A DNA stretch of 64,000 bases from NCBI GenBank assembly GCA_025786725.1, contig JAHLTZ010000010.1:372001-436000 (forward strand). The letters run 5' to 3'. The translations under genes were made by a program, and so were the position numbers. The stretch is from Syncephalis fuscata S228 (taxonomy: Eukaryota > Fungi > Zoopagomycota). Shown here in pieces: positions 28,258-41,809 of the stretch (position 1 is its first letter; every line of letters begins with the position of its first letter). Below the pieces are notes generated by a model. It had not been told where the DNA came from. It saw only the letters and a list, made by a program, of their open reading frames with translations, and did no database searches.

Positions 28258-29877
28258 AGTGATAATGCTGGTAATAGTGTTTGTAATAAGCAGTTGCGGT
28301 ATTTGCGGTATTTGCAGTAGTATTAGCAATAACGATAGTTGTTGTACTGTTGATAAAGGCTCAGCCTAATTATTTTGAAAAAGCAGATAGATTAGTGTAA
28401 CACTGTTAACACTGAATAGCAAATGTGGCTAGATATTGTGGCTATAGAAGGCAGTTGCAGATGTGATTAAGCTGGTGAGTGAAGTTTGGAAATATGGTGC
28501 ATTGTGGCGATGCTTTTATACTGTTGTTGCTCTTTGCACAAGTTACGCAACTTGTTTACTGCTCTTCGAGCACATTGCATAACCTGTTTATCATTCAACA
28601 AATAAATCCAATTCATACAGGGGAGGTTTTGCAAAATCAAGTTTTCTTGAAACTAGCAGCTTTGCACCTGTGAATGACTAGAACGAGTATCAAATACTAT
28701 ACCCCGTATGTCAAAAATGAAACATCAATATTCCATCAAATGAGTATATGGCGATATATTCCATTAGACGGCACTAGTTTTTGCCGTTTCAGGTGACCAC
28801 AAAAGTGCACATCATACTTGTTGGTGCTGTTAAAAATAACTTATTGTACTAGAAAAATGTACCTGCGACTATTGTTATAGGTTCCAGCTATAGATCTTGT
28901 AACAGCATAGGCTGTGCCCAGAAATGGCTTTCAATTCGTTTCAATACCGTCATCACTATCGCTTGCACTGGTTCAAGTGGTGTTATCTAGACTGATTTTT
29001 TGTATCAGGTACAATTTACAATACTGTAACTAAATATTATTTCTAGTATTAGATTATCACATTATTACGTTAATATACATTTATATAGTAAATAAATACA
29101 TAGTTCATTAATATGAGAATTAATGTTCACGGCTTGTAAAATGTTTACAGTGTCAACCAATTCACATTGTGTTACCAATAAGCACTATTTTATTTATATT
29201 TCAACCCATTGAACTGGAAACTTTCTAAAGTATTACTACCTGTGCTCAAGTCGACTGACTTAAGATTTATGTAGGTTTGTCGACAATTGGAATCACACGC
29301 TGATATCCACGCTGTACAAAGTGAATATGATGCACAACAATACACACGCCAATTATGCATGCTGTGCATCACCCGTGAGTTAACGCCTGCAAGCTAGTGC
29401 AGCCAAGTGAATGTGAACATAAGTATGTATTCATGTAGAATAGCATGCCATTTTTCACCTTGACACTGCAGCATGTCTGTACATGAAAAAGTCACCATGC
29501 CCTGAGCGGACCGGCCATCGTTGGATACTGCATCCGTGCCAGATTTAATTCACATTAACTGCGGTTTGGTTGTAAGCAAAGTATACGTCTGTATTTAAAT
29601 GGCATAGAAATTTACATTCATGTTTTTATTACACTAAACGTAATTACCATCGACAATTTCACATAAATTTTTCATAGCGAACTAACTGGCTTATTCTCTA
29701 GCTTTTTAAGCCGTTATTCATGCGTTCACTCTAGTGCTAGGCTGTTTGGAGCTTTATTCATTCGTAGCTTTATAAGCATTGATTTTATCAATGCAACATC
29801 AACTATATTAAACATTTTCTAATTCTAAATAATACGCTATTATACTAAGAGAAATTTCATTAGCAGTAGCATCCAAA

Positions 29878-31476
29878 ATGCGCGAAATAGCTTGTTTAGT
29901 CATTTCACTTATTTACGCACTGTTTGCCTTATCAACAACGCTGCTCTTTTATTATTATCGCGATGATACTGGTATACGACATCGTAGCGTTCGCCTAACC
30001 GTGTTTAGTGGCATCATCAATATACCACTTACAATTATTTTATTAAGCTGGACACCGATGAATTCTAACATGCCCGGCTGGGTCATTATTTGGGTACTTT
30101 CCCTTCTAGTTCCATTATGGGTTCTTTTATTTTTAGTCGCTTTATTCGGTTGGTTTTTCTCTACCGTATTAGTGAAGCAAAGCTTCTTGCATCAGAGCAG
30201 GATCAAAGTGCAAAAGGACTTGCTTTTGGCTATTCATCAAATGGACGATGTGCCGTACCGTCTATTCAATCGGTGGCCAGTCTTATTAGCAAAGAAATGC
30301 ACGAAACTCATACTATTCATACAAAGGCACATCGGTTGCTTTGGATATCGAACAAGAATTGACGCCAGAACAGCTGCTACAGCGCAACTGGTTTCACCGA
30401 AATCGTAGACGTATCACTTCCAAGTTCTACATACGAGCTATCGGCATATGCATGCTGCTTCATATTGCTGCAACAACTATAGTGTGCGTTATCTATGAAT
30501 ACATTGATCCGATAGAACTTAATGGGCCCATCCGCGAAAATCATTTTTCGCTGCTGCCCTTGGAAATACTTTGTCTTGTTTGGTACGGAATTCTTTTATT
30601 TTTTCTAAGAGAACAAACCAAAGTACGCGATTCTCATGGTATCATCTAGAATGTAAAATATGGATGCCAATTTCCGCGCTACTCTACACAGCCTTTCTCG
30701 TTTCAAGCTGGGCATTTCCAGATACAACTAGCAAAGTACACCCGCCTTCACCTTTTCCGCCGGCAGCTTACGCCGCTATCCATTTTGTATGTGGCCATTG
30801 TATTTTTGTCGTATGGCCGGCGTTTTGTGTATTTTTTGCACGTCGTGGCCGTCGAGCTTCAGCCGATTCGCAAACAATTAAGCAAGAACAAGATCATCGC
30901 GCTTTTGAACAAATGCTATCCGATTCAAGTCGATTTAAAAAATTCAAAGCATTTTGCGTAACTGATTTCTCTGTAGAAAATGCACTATTCCTTGAACGGT
31001 ACCGACGCTTTAAGCATCTTGCAGAAATGGGCAATCAAACAGGTTCAGCATCCAATAGCGCAAATAGTGCTAGTAAAATTATTGAAAAAGGTATGGCATT
31101 CTTTACGGGTGGCACTACGTCAAGACCGCAATCCAGGGCAGCCGAATACTCGGATTCGGCAACTGATTTAAGCACTTATGCCGAACAGCCATTATCAAAT
31201 GAAGCAACTAAAGAGTTCAAAATAATATACGCCACTTTTATCGCGCCTGAATCCGAGTTTGAAATCAACCTGACGAGCAGTTGCCGTCAAAACATTATTA
31301 CAAATATTCATAATGGTAACATTAATACCGGCATTCTTGATGAAGCTGAGCGTGAGATCTACCAGCTTGTTTATCATAGTACCTATCCGCGATATATAGC
31401 GTACAAGAAACGTCGCATTAGCGTAGCAAGCAACGTTGGTGTTGGCACACGTATTAATCAACATATTGGTCTTTAA
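29878..31476 (+). CDS. Multi-TM receptor-like protein with C-terminal RGS domain (7TM-RGS, GprK-like); three apparent frameshifts
   Basis: Hydrophobic helices across four overlapping ORFs (IRHRS after TM1); RGS motifs FEQML...FKAFCVTDFSVENALFL, IYATFIAPESEFEINL, ILDEAEREIYQLVYHSTYPRY. Confidence 0.85.
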
Positions 31477-31759
31477 ATAGCATTATGACCGCTATTTACT
31501 ATTATAAGCATCATCAACCATACACCATTTATTAATATTTTTGCTAATTTTATTTATATTACTATGGCTGATTTTTTGGCCATAGATTTATCATTAGTAT
31601 ATTTTAATAATAACAATAATAAATTATTACTAAATAATTATATTGTGAATTTTATCTACATGATATCAATAATTTGATGCCGATAAAATCTTTATTTTGT
31701 CAATATTCGCCTTTTCTTACGATTCATTCTTCGTTTTGACTACTACCAAGCTGTAGATC

Positions 31760-32053
31760 ATGGCCACTCCTACCGCCGCTGCCACTCAACTCAAAGGTCT
31801 TTATAAGGCACATTTAAATGCTGCCAACAAGTTTGCAGCCTACAATTTTCGCCAGTACTTTACTCGCTGGACACAGACAAAGTTTAACGAGTTTGAGCGT
31901 CAACAAGACATAATCACCGATGCAAAAAAGAAGGAAGCAGCAAAGATCGAGTTTACTACTTTCATGGAGCGCGAGTTAGAAGCACGTCAGCGCCAAGCAC
32001 TGATTAACAGCATGTTCCAGGTTGATCGACTGGTAGTAGAGGAGCAAACGTAG
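31760..32053 (+). CDS. ISD11: LYR-motif protein Isd11/LYRM4 (Fe-S cluster biogenesis)
   Basis: LYK...FAAYNFRQYF.R....F and RQALINSMF...LVVE match the Isd11 pattern. Confidence 0.8.
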   Translation: MATPTAAATQLKGLYKAHLNAANKFAAYNFRQYFTRWTQTKFNEFERQQDIITDAKKKEAAKIEFTTFMERELEARQRQALINSMFQVDRLVVEEQT

Positions 32054-32403
32054 ATTCTAGTAGTAAATACGTAACTATGAGCCAGCCAGTCGACGTCTAC
32101 GTTTCAAATCGATTACTTTTTGTACCGAGAAGGTGGAAGACAACAAGGAGATATAGCTTCATATAGTGCTTGTTCTGAAATTGCTCAATCTGTGAAATAC
32201 ATAATAAAAAGTTATCACTACTGACAGCTTTATTGGTGACGTACATGGGCAAAGGCCGCCGTCAATTCTGTTCTTTTACTCTCTCTCATCTTATTCTGTC
32301 ATTTTGAGCCAATTAACCAACCAACCAACCAGTATCACGCTTAAAGTGCGGGTCGTGTCTATTATAGGCTACATTAGCTACTGCCTTTCTATATTAAAAT
32401 ACA

Positions 32404-34226
32404 ATGTCTACAGCTATGGAGGTGCTGGTGAAGCAGGTGTTGGAGGCGAAAGATCACAATCAGCTACTTCAACTGCTAACAAGCACGCCAACCAAAATAC
32501 TGGCCGAACAGACCCCAGAAATCGATCCGCTAGAGCTTTTGGACCCAGCGGTAAACTCATTAGGATATCTGTATTTCTTGTAAGGGAATGCATGACAGGT
32601 ACGACAAGCACTAACACGTACTCATATTGAATTTTTAGAGTGCAGCGCAGCTTAGCCGAAGCAGAGTTTGATAAACATGCCGCTCGTCTTTTACGTTTTG
32701 CAGAGTCATTCTCGCGGGAGCAAGTTACTTTGGCGCCAGCAACATGTGTGTAGATTTACGTAGCACATTGCTGCATTTTTACTTACCTTTGTTGAAATAG
32801 TCAACCAGCTAGGAAAGATTGTTATTCAATGGGTTTCCTGTGGATTGAATGTAAGTAAACTTACGTATGGTAATAAAAATATAGCCATATTAATAAGTTG
32901 TCATAGCCAGCATTTGGTATCCGTGCTTTGACAATTGCATTGCAACGATTCCAACCAACACCTGGTCATTTTACGAGACTTCATTCGTCAATTTTAGAAT
33001 TGGCATTAAAAACACGTCGTCCACACTTGGCCCTGCCGGTATTAGAGCAGCCCATAATTCATATTGACGCAAGAGTAAGCAGCTTTTTCGTGTATCTTAT
33101 TATAATTAACATGACATAGATTTTGGAGAAAAAAGTAGAGCCATTTTTACTTTATCATACTATGGAGGTGTAATTTATTCGCTGCTTAAACGCTATACAG
33201 AAGCTATGCTATTCTTCCAACAGGTATATCTCTAGCCACTATTATAATAATTGGCTAATATATAGCTCTAGGTTATGACGACACCAATCTATAATGTCAG
33301 TGCCATTCAAGTGGCAGCCTACAAGAAATACGTACTTGTATCATTGATTTGCCATGGAAAAGTAAGCTAGTTAATGTGTGATTAGCAAACAAATATTAAC
33401 TAATAATAGTTGGTTCAATTGCCACAATATACGCCTAGTTCCGTTTTACGTACTTGTCGTTCGTACAGCTCTCTCTATCACGAAATAGCGCCGCTATTTG
33501 AATCCAACTCTATTGTTGGATTGGATGCTTTTTTAGGATCAAATAGAAGTTTGTTAAAAGAGGTTGGTTTACAAAAAAAGGTTTTGTAGCCACCGACTAA
33601 TTCTTATGTAATAAACCACTGCAGGATGGAAACTACACATTAGCCCAGTCTTTATTGCACTCACTTCGAAGCCATATCATCAAAGGCCTAACAAAAATCT
33701 ACTCAAACATGTCATTGGCACGTATCGCCAACGAGGCAGGATTAAAAAATGCGACAGAAGCTGAGCATCATATTTTGAAAATGGTAAAACATTATGTATC
33801 GTATACGTAATTTAGCACTAATTCGGCCAATAAACTGATTTACAGATTGATGCTCGAGAACTTCAAGCACAAATTACACGCAGCGGTACTGTTAAGCAAG
33901 CTGAAGGCACAGTACAGTTTGGAAGACCGGCAGCCATTATTGGCCAATTGCCTGTGGGCGTTAGCCAATCGGATATTGCTGCGCTAATGCAACGTATTGC
34001 AACGCTTTCGGAGACAGTGCGTAATACGGAACTTGAATTGGCTGCGAGTAAGAAATACATCGACCGAGTAAGTAACAGATGATGATGCAAGGTGTCAAAT
34101 ATTAATTGAATATTTTGTACAAATATTCAGAATACAAATTTGGTTATAGAAGATATTGCTATGGAAGAAGTCGATTATATGGTGGGCAATATTAGTTCGG
34201 CAGCCGGTGCAGAAGATTTCTACTGA
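32404..34226 (+). CDS. CSN3: COP9 signalosome subunit 3, multi-exon
   Basis: LLDPAVNSLGYLYFL in exon 1; HFTRLHS...LALK; LLYH(Y)YGG; SAIQVAAYKKYVLVSLI.HGK; PCI region LTKIYSNMSL...MIDARELQAQI. Confidence 0.88.
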
Positions 34227-34895
34227 TAGCCATCATCTTTATGCAATATCTTTTGTTAAATATGTCAAAGTACACCTTTGGCACAACATAAAGTTTGTTT
34301 CTTTAGTACAGCCTACTTGACAATAAAATAACAGGTGCCAATATTAGATTATGATTTGTAATTGACAACTTTTCGTACAAATAATATGATTGCTTGGATA
34401 ATCTGTTAAAAATAAACATAACGCACATGAAGCAGCAGAGTAGCTAGCTGATTATGATGTTGTATAATTTTATAAACTTGTTAAAAAGCGGCTTTTTAAA
34501 AAAACTAAAGCAAAAAGCATTGTGACAGTCTATCGCTAGTTTGACATTAAGCCTTGACTTTTTTAATTTTTTATAATGAAGGCTTATCATATCAAAGTCG
34601 TACAATTTTGTGAGCCAGGCTATGGTCTAGACTCTTGATCTGCATATTTAATACAAAACAATCAGCAATCTAACTTGGTCTAGACCATTAATTATGAAAT
34701 TAGCATTTGTACTTACGCTAATGGCTAATTCGGCAACTTGATTAGATTGCTATTATCATCTACTTATACGTGAACAATATATATAAATATAGGCAATTTA
34801 GGTAATAAAAATAAATTATTTACACACTAAATAAAATAAGTATTTAATAAATTACAAAGTACTAGAATTAACAAAGAAAATAGGGATTTGAATGC

Positions 34896-36026
34896 TTAAA
34901 TTGGCTTTTGTCCTATATGGACCCAGAGCTGGCAGCACGACCGGCGCTCGTTTACCTCCTCCTCCAGCTCTTCTAAAAACTCGTCTATTGTTTCGGGGGT
35001 AACGTTGGATGTTAATACAATGAGAGGCTTCATTGCTACGATGCCTTGACGTAAATTACTCCACGCCATTTGACCCAATTGGCCTCCCCACTGCCAAGAG
35101 GAATTGCATAGCAGTCGGTGCGTATCTTTTCTAGACCGGCATCTTTCATAAAAAGGCCAACATTTTTGATCATACCTAGATCGATGTTGCGTTGCTGCAC
35201 TGCATAGTTGAAATAAAGACGAAGACGAATTGCACACGGGCCCGTGTCGGCAATTAGACCGTTCATGTCGCTCATCTCGACCCAGCCGCCCGGCGAGGTA
35301 ATTCTAGCGCAGTCCCTTACGTAAGGAATCCAACGGTCACCAGGAATGGCACCAACAAGCATGCGATGACGTACAAAATCAAATGAGTTTGCGGGATAGG
35401 TTAAACCTTAAGCCAGCTGATTAGCAATAGAACAATAATAGACAAAACGCATGCCTACCTTCTAGTAAATTTTGTAGTTCAAATCGACAATTAGGTGGAA
35501 GAACAGTTTGTGGCTGTAGCGGTGCAATGTCTATACCAATAAAATCACAAGAAGGATAATCGGAGGCCATATCCTAAATTAAACCATTATTAGCATCAGT
35601 TCAATGCTTCGGCTGGCTAAAATTACCATAAGCCATGTACCGGTACCGGTACCAATGTCGATGACAGCGTGAGGATTCTCCAATGGTACATGGTACTTTC
35701 GTCGTGTAACAAGTTGGAACATGTAATGTTGCGAATCAAGTCTATTGTTTTTATCATAAGTTTATATACAACTATAATGTGATCATTACTTACCGATCCA
35801 TTTCTACAATATCATTTGGCAGCGGATAGGGTGCCTCGGATATACCATGGTATCGGCGGCCATTCTTATATACAAATTCTCCATCCGACCCGTTAGAGCC
35901 ATGGCTGCCATTACTATGGTCTTTTTTCCGTCCAGACGAGCCGGAATCGGATTTAGTGCCTGCTCTAGAGCGTAAACCAGAACTCGACGAGTTACGAGAA
36001 AGACTAAACAATTTTAAAAAATCCAT
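34896..36026 (-). CDS. Class I SAM-dependent methyltransferase (LaeA/TAM-like), multi-exon
   Basis: GRRYH...YPLPND..EMDRLDSQHY, DIGTGTGTW, GIDIAPLQP, FDFVRHR, SPGGWVEMSD, C-terminal IGQKP; one apparent frameshift near 35085-35095. Confidence 0.9.
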
Positions 36027-37389
36027 TGGACACAGCAAATACTAAAGACTTATAAGATAATATATGGAGAATGTAGCGTTCAAAATCGTGTAAGAAACAA
36101 AAGATGGCGCCGCGGCTGCAGTTAAGTAAATAAGGCAGAATTTCAAGCCATGGATGTAGCATGCATATTCAGACACGAGTGCTAATTAAAGATATCCGTA
36201 TCACCGAATGTGTCAAGACTGTGCTGTTGTACATATGGCGGAGTTGGATCGTCCGTTGGTCACAGCGGGCCATCTCTCCTTCTTAAATGTGGTTACGACC
36301 ACATGAAAGTATCACGACTACAGCTATCACTGTTCTAAAATGCCACCTGACGCAGTGAATTTATCTCTGGCAAATTGGAGTCTAGAATATTGGGCCCAGA
36401 CCATGGTTTTTTACACGCTAGTGTGACATCGGTTTATCCAAAACACTGGCCTTTGTCATACAGCACCAGTGGTGCACGATCAGCACTGCCCCAGTCTCTG
36501 ATGCAGCAATAAATTACAAGGATGCTATAAAGATACAGTAATAGTTATAAGCATGTATGTATGTAGAAATATAAGCTAGAAGGTTTAAATGTTTTTTATT
36601 ATTAATAAAAGCTATTTGGTGTAGAGTCGCTTCTTGGGCAAGTGAAATATGGCGTCTAGAATATGGCGTAAAAGATGTGCAGTTACAGTTTTTAATGGAA
36701 AAGAAACAGCTAATCACAATTACCAAGTATGATAAGTATAAATTTCAATTATTATACTATGATCTATAGCTACTGTTTTTTGCTTTTCTGATAATTTTAT
36801 TTAATAAACTAAAGCGCTTAATACCTGTTCAAAACGATATTAATAGCTACTAGGGTCGTATCAGTAACTATAATAACCGTTAAAATACCAACCATTGCAT
36901 TCTAAAAACAATCCTTTTATTTATCTGAAAATAAACCAAAGCAAGTCACGCTATGCCCAAACTAAATACTAGTGCCACTATATTTGTACAGCTCGATCAA
37001 CGTGCTACCAGCATTGTATAGTTTAAAATACCGCAGTTGTTTGATGGCCATAACGTGTTGGCCAGAGCTAGCAAGCACATACCACGTTTTTCAAGCGGCA
37101 ATTTGTTATTGAAACGTCCATCGCCAAAAACGGTAATTTTACTGCTGGAGCATTGCCCAACTTGCGCAATTAAACGTGATAGAGCATGCTTTGGCTAATT
37201 TTGAATTTGCTAATTGGCAAATCTTTTTCATACAAAAAACACTGACTTTGTTAACAAACAATACCGCCTGGTCATTTCAATACACTTTTTTATTTTATGT
37301 TTAAGCAACTAATGAACTATTGCTTACACCTTTCGAATTTATTGTAATAATTTATATATGTTTGTGCGTATATAATTATTATTTACACA

Positions 37390-39615
37390 ATGTTATTACC
37401 ATTCGGATTTTTATTAGCACTGACGCTGCATGTTAGTTCTGGCCATGATGTGCACGCTCATGCATCACAGATAGGCATTAGAAATCTGCCGCTGCAGCAT
37501 GACAATGCTGTGGTACCGCCATTGGCCGACTCGGCCGTATTTTGTCTTCATTCTGAACCTGGCACAGCCATGGCAGAAAAAGAACGTCAACTGTTTCTTG
37601 ACGTACTTCAACAAAAAAACATTCGCTTTGAGTTACTTCAAACTTTTGATGTGGCTGTCAATGCCGTCGGTTTAGCCATCAGTTTTAAAGATGTCGATAA
37701 AATTGGCACTTTCGGCTTAACGCGCGATATCTGGGAGTCGCGTGCGATCAAATTGAATGGGATACAAAGCAGTTCGCATGAAGGCGTTAAAAAACCTTTA
37801 AAAGCACATCTTGCTCCAAGTATTAAGCGACTGCACGATCGAGGTATAACTGGGAAGGGTGTTAGAATAGCCATCGTTGATAGTGGTGTCGACTATACTC
37901 ATCCTGATCTCGGTGGTTGTTTCGGTCCCAAATGTCGAGTGGCATTTGGTTTTGATTATGTTGGTGATGACTTTGAAAAGGGAGCGCTTCCAGTGCCCGA
38001 TAAAGATCCTATGGATAACTGTTCGGGTCATGGCACGCATGTTGCCGGCATCGCCGCGGCCAATGGCAGGGGGATTGTTGGTGTAGCGCCACTAGCTACA
38101 TTAGGTGCTTATCGTGTGGTAAGCTGCAAGCAGCATGGCCTGTCGAGCCATGTGGCTCAGGCGCTCGAGCAAGCATATGTGGACAAAATGGACATCATCA
38201 ATTTGTCGATGAGCTTGGAGGATCGAGAGAATATTCATCTAGCTACTACGATTACAAAACTTTTGGAAGCAAACATTGTTGTCGTTAGTTCGGCTGATAA
38301 TAATGGCAGTCAAGGTATGTGGCGGGTGGCTTCCTTTGGCCGTGTACCCGACATTATATCGGTCGGCTCAGCAAATAGTCCTGCGTATACATCGGGTTGG
38401 TTTACTCTTTCAATAGATCCAAAACGGCCTTATCCATACCAGACACAATGTGGCGCCATTCCCACTACCGGCTCCATTAGACTTGAGCTTGTTATTCCAA
38501 TCTACGATCAATACAACGGTCGTTGTACATTACCTTCAGGGCTTCAGGACAAAGTAGTTTATTTTGCACCAAATATGTGTAATCAATGGGCTTTATTTAT
38601 AACAGCAAAATCAGCCGGTGTATTGGCTATTATAACTAGCTTTGATATCGACAGCATAACCAGTACCATGGATCTTGCTGCGTGTCCAGGTGTAGCGAGC
38701 TTGAGTCTACCCAGTCTTGTGCCTTCACTGATTGATCTATCGTCAGATAACCTCCATAAAGTTTCACGCGCTTTATTAAAACACAAAGACCTTATCATGA
38801 ATCTCGGCCAATCCTTTGCTCAATTTGATGATTCACGTAACATACAAATGTCCGGCAGCTCTTCTTGGGGACCTGATCGCCAATTAAATTTTAAACCAGA
38901 TATTGTGGCACCCGGCGTAAATATACATTCGACGTATTCACGCAAACTAAAAGACTACACAGCGCTTAGCGGCGCATCAATGGCCGTGGCTTATGTAAGC
39001 GGCTCCATTGCTTTATATCTGCACTCTAATGGCGGAAAACGCCAATCACCACGTAAAATTCTTCGATCTTTGCAAAACTCGGCCCATATTATTCAAGGGG
39101 CCAATGGTGAGCCGCGAGCAGCAATAGCACATCAGGGTGCCGGATTTATTGATATAGAACGAATGATTACGGGAACACTCAAGGTTGAGCCATCGGTCAT
39201 TACATTGCGTGACTCTAGTAATCCTAAACGATCGTCGAATAATGTTTTTAAAACCACAATCACTATAACTAACACAGACGATACACCACACCAGTATTAT
39301 ATAACCCACATGCCAATGCTGTCGCTTAGAAATCAAAAGCACATGTTTAGTTCCAACTCTATAGAGTCAAAGCTACAAATGGGCATCGAGGTGACATCTA
39401 GCATGACAAGTGACATTATTTATCCAAACAAACCCAAAGATGTAACGATTACATTTACTGAACCAACTAATATACCTTCCAACAAAGGTTGGTTCTATTC
39501 AGGATATATGGTAATTGATAGAAAAGGTCTTTATAAAGGTCAATTTACGGAAAATGCCATTTACGTTCCATATCTTGGATATAAAGGAGAAATTAGTAAA
39601 TTGGATAGAAAATAA
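37390..39615 (+). CDS. Secreted subtilisin-like S8 serine protease with PA-like insertion, intronless
   Basis: Signal peptide; IAIVDSGVDYTHPDLGGCFG, HGTHVAGIAA, KPDIVAPG, SGASMA, QGAG; C-terminal YSGY..I...VPY.G. Confidence 0.93.
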   Translation: MLLPFGFLLALTLHVSSGHDVHAHASQIGIRNLPLQHDNAVVPPLADSAVFCLHSEPGTAMAEKERQLFLDVLQQKNIRFELLQTFDVAVNAVGLAISFKDVDKIGTFGLTRDIWESRAIKLNGIQSSSHEGVKKPLKAHLAPSIKRLHDRGITGKGVRIAIVDSGVDYTHPDLGGCFGPKCRVAFGFDYVGDDFEKGALPVPDKDPMDNCSGHGTHVAGIAAANGRGIVGVAPLATLGAYRVVSCKQHGLSSHVAQALEQAYVDKMDIINLSMSLEDRENIHLATTITKLLEANIVVVSSADNNGSQGMWRVASFGRVPDIISVGSANSPAYTSGWFTLSIDPKRPYPYQTQCGAIPTTGSIRLELVIPIYDQYNGRCTLPSGLQDKVVYFAPNMCNQWALFITAKSAGVLAIITSFDIDSITSTMDLAACPGVASLSLPSLVPSLIDLSSDNLHKVSRALLKHKDLIMNLGQSFAQFDDSRNIQMSGSSSWGPDRQLNFKPDIVAPGVNIHSTYSRKLKDYTALSGASMAVAYVSGSIALYLHSNGGKRQSPRKILRSLQNSAHIIQGANGEPRAAIAHQGAGFIDIERMITGTLKVEPSVITLRDSSNPKRSSNNVFKTTITITNTDDTPHQYYITHMPMLSLRNQKHMFSSNSIESKLQMGIEVTSSMTSDIIYPNKPKDVTITFTEPTNIPSNKGWFYSGYMVIDRKGLYKGQFTENAIYVPYLGYKGEISKLDRK

Positions 39616-39792
39616 AGCAATGTATAACTAGTTACAAAATCTACTATTGTGTACTATTAAGTAAATAAATAATAAGCAAATCTAGTTGTTACAGAATTGG
39701 GTAGTAATATTATTGTTTTATAACAGGTATTTGAACGTTCTTTTATTAGATCAGTTCACTATAACTGCTGCACATACGTTTGTGATGCGCAT

Positions 39793-40988
39793 TTAAAGCT
39801 TAGGACGTTGCATATTAGCAGGTTGCTTACGTCGCTTTTGTTGACTAATTAAAAAGTTGGCAATAGCATCGTGGCATTCCTTTGATAGCATTCTTTCAAT
39901 CAATAAAGTCATTTCACGCTTATTAATCTCATGAAGAAATGTACGTTCGGCCTTCGACATTACTAATTCTTTGGATTGGCGAACAGCCATTGTAGGGAAA
40001 CGAGCAGCAGGAATAGTGATATCAATAACGCGTTGCAGAAAATCTTCACTTGGTAGTATTTGGCTATATTACAGTTAGCTTCTACTTGCTAATAACAAAC
40101 AGCATTACTCGCCTAATATAGTGAGAATTTACCATTTCCTCAGCTGTAAATTGGCGACCCATAAGCTAGTATTGATTCATTATTAGTTATTATTCCGTTA
40201 ATCGTTATAAACACTATTTACAATCATTTCATTGGCACGCGATGTGCCCATAATCCTATGAAATTCAATAAAATTAACACAGTTGCAATTATTGATTCAT
40301 TCATTCTTACTTTGGGAACAAATAAGAGCTACATCCCTCAGCACAAAAGCCTGCTATATTATTAGCGTCTATAACAGAAAATGTATTATTTATAACCTAC
40401 CAAGTTCCATGAACGGCGTCTTAAATGTAGCCTCCTTTGTTGCGTAAACTGTATCGCAAATAGCCAAATGTGTGACGCCAAAACCGTAGGCCGGACCTAC
40501 AAACAAAATATAAGTAAGCGGCAAACACTTTTTACCAACTTACCGTTAACAGCCGCGACCAACAGCTTAGGAAAATCAATAAATATATCTACAAGATTTT
40601 CAGTTACGCCTACACGTCGTCGTAAATCTGCTTCAAAGTCTGGTGTCGAAGCAAATGAACCGGTAAGCTCTTGACCAGAGCAATAGAAACGACCATTGCC
40701 TGTTAGAATAACTGCCCGCACTAAACATATTATTAGTGTTGACCATAGTTATCTATCTACGCTTAATAAATATCATCATTTACCTGCGTCTGTTTCCGCG
40801 GCCCAGGCCATGGCATCTCGCCAGGATACATAGGCTTCTGGCGATAGTGCATTAGCGCGATTGGGTCGGTCAAAGGTAATAACAGCTAAGTAGCCGTAAT
40901 CAGCGTCTGGACCATCTTCTGGTGTGTTCAACGCTATCAAGCGTATTTGAAGTGTATCAGATTGTGGAATGTTGGGCAGAACGGTCAT
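39793..40988 (-). CDS. Crotonase-family enoyl-CoA delta isomerase (ECI2-like), probably peroxisomal, multi-exon
   Basis: ITFDRPNRANAL, ILTGNGRFYCSGQEL, FIDFPKLLVAAVNG, F.TPF..LGFCAEG.SS..FP; ends in -PKL (PTS1 variant). Confidence 0.88.
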
Positions 40989-41150
40989 ATTTGAGTTCTT
41001 ACAATGAGTCAAAAGCAATAACGCGTCTTCCCCGCACTTGATAAAGCACTGAATATATAGAAAAGGCTACTTTTTGCCGATTATCGGGATATACGACTGC
41101 CGAGATTTTATTGATTATTATATGGATTCAATTGAGGGACAAAAATATCC

Positions 41151-41460
41151 ATAACTTAAATAATAAACCGTCCATCAATTTTTGATACCGAGAATTGTTA
41201 TTTGTTGAAGCGGCGCTATGTCAATTTCGTTTGAATTAGTTGAAGCTGAGCCAGTCCGCACAATTTTTAATATTCGATATTGTGTTAACAAATATTAAAT
41301 AGTATTTTATGTTACTTACAATAAAATGTAATAAATAAATAAATGTCGACCCATACTATTGCTATTATAAAGTATTCAAATTATTATAATTTAATATTTA
41401 ATGCCATTCGCCATCCACTATCATGTTCAATACGTTGAATATTATTAAAATAGTTATTTT
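41151..41460 (+). repeat. Short (internally deleted) copy of the dispersed non-coding repeat
   Basis: 41151-41328 aligns to 10976-11150 (e.g. tttgttgaagcg.c.ctatgtcaa, tgagccagtccg, cttacaataaaat); 41333-41460 aligns to 12487-12613 (taaagtatt.aaa.tattataattt, tcatgttcaata.gttgaat.ttattaaa). Confidence 0.85.
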
Positions 41461-41809
41461 CTTATTTACACATGTTGTTATATTGTGCATCCATAGTAAC
41501 TGTAGCAGTACACTATACCATCTGATTACTTAAATACTAGATGAAATAAAATAGAGTCTATATCTAGTTTAATAATCGTTGGTAATAAATTCAGGTATAT
41601 TATCATTAAAATAACGTATTATATTTCAATCTATCAATCTTATTACTTTACAATAGCTATAACAACAGTCACGGTAAATGTAATAACATAGATATTATTA
41701 TTGCTATTATTACAGTATTATTCTAGGCTATCATAGTTTATTTAGTGAATATTATTAAGAAATATATTATTACTTTTATTAAAACAATATCTTATGCAGC
41801 ATCGCTCTT

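Noticed and set aside
34623-34687. Palindrome TGGTCTAGACCA and a partial copy
   Set aside because: Short, lies between convergent genes, no supporting context.
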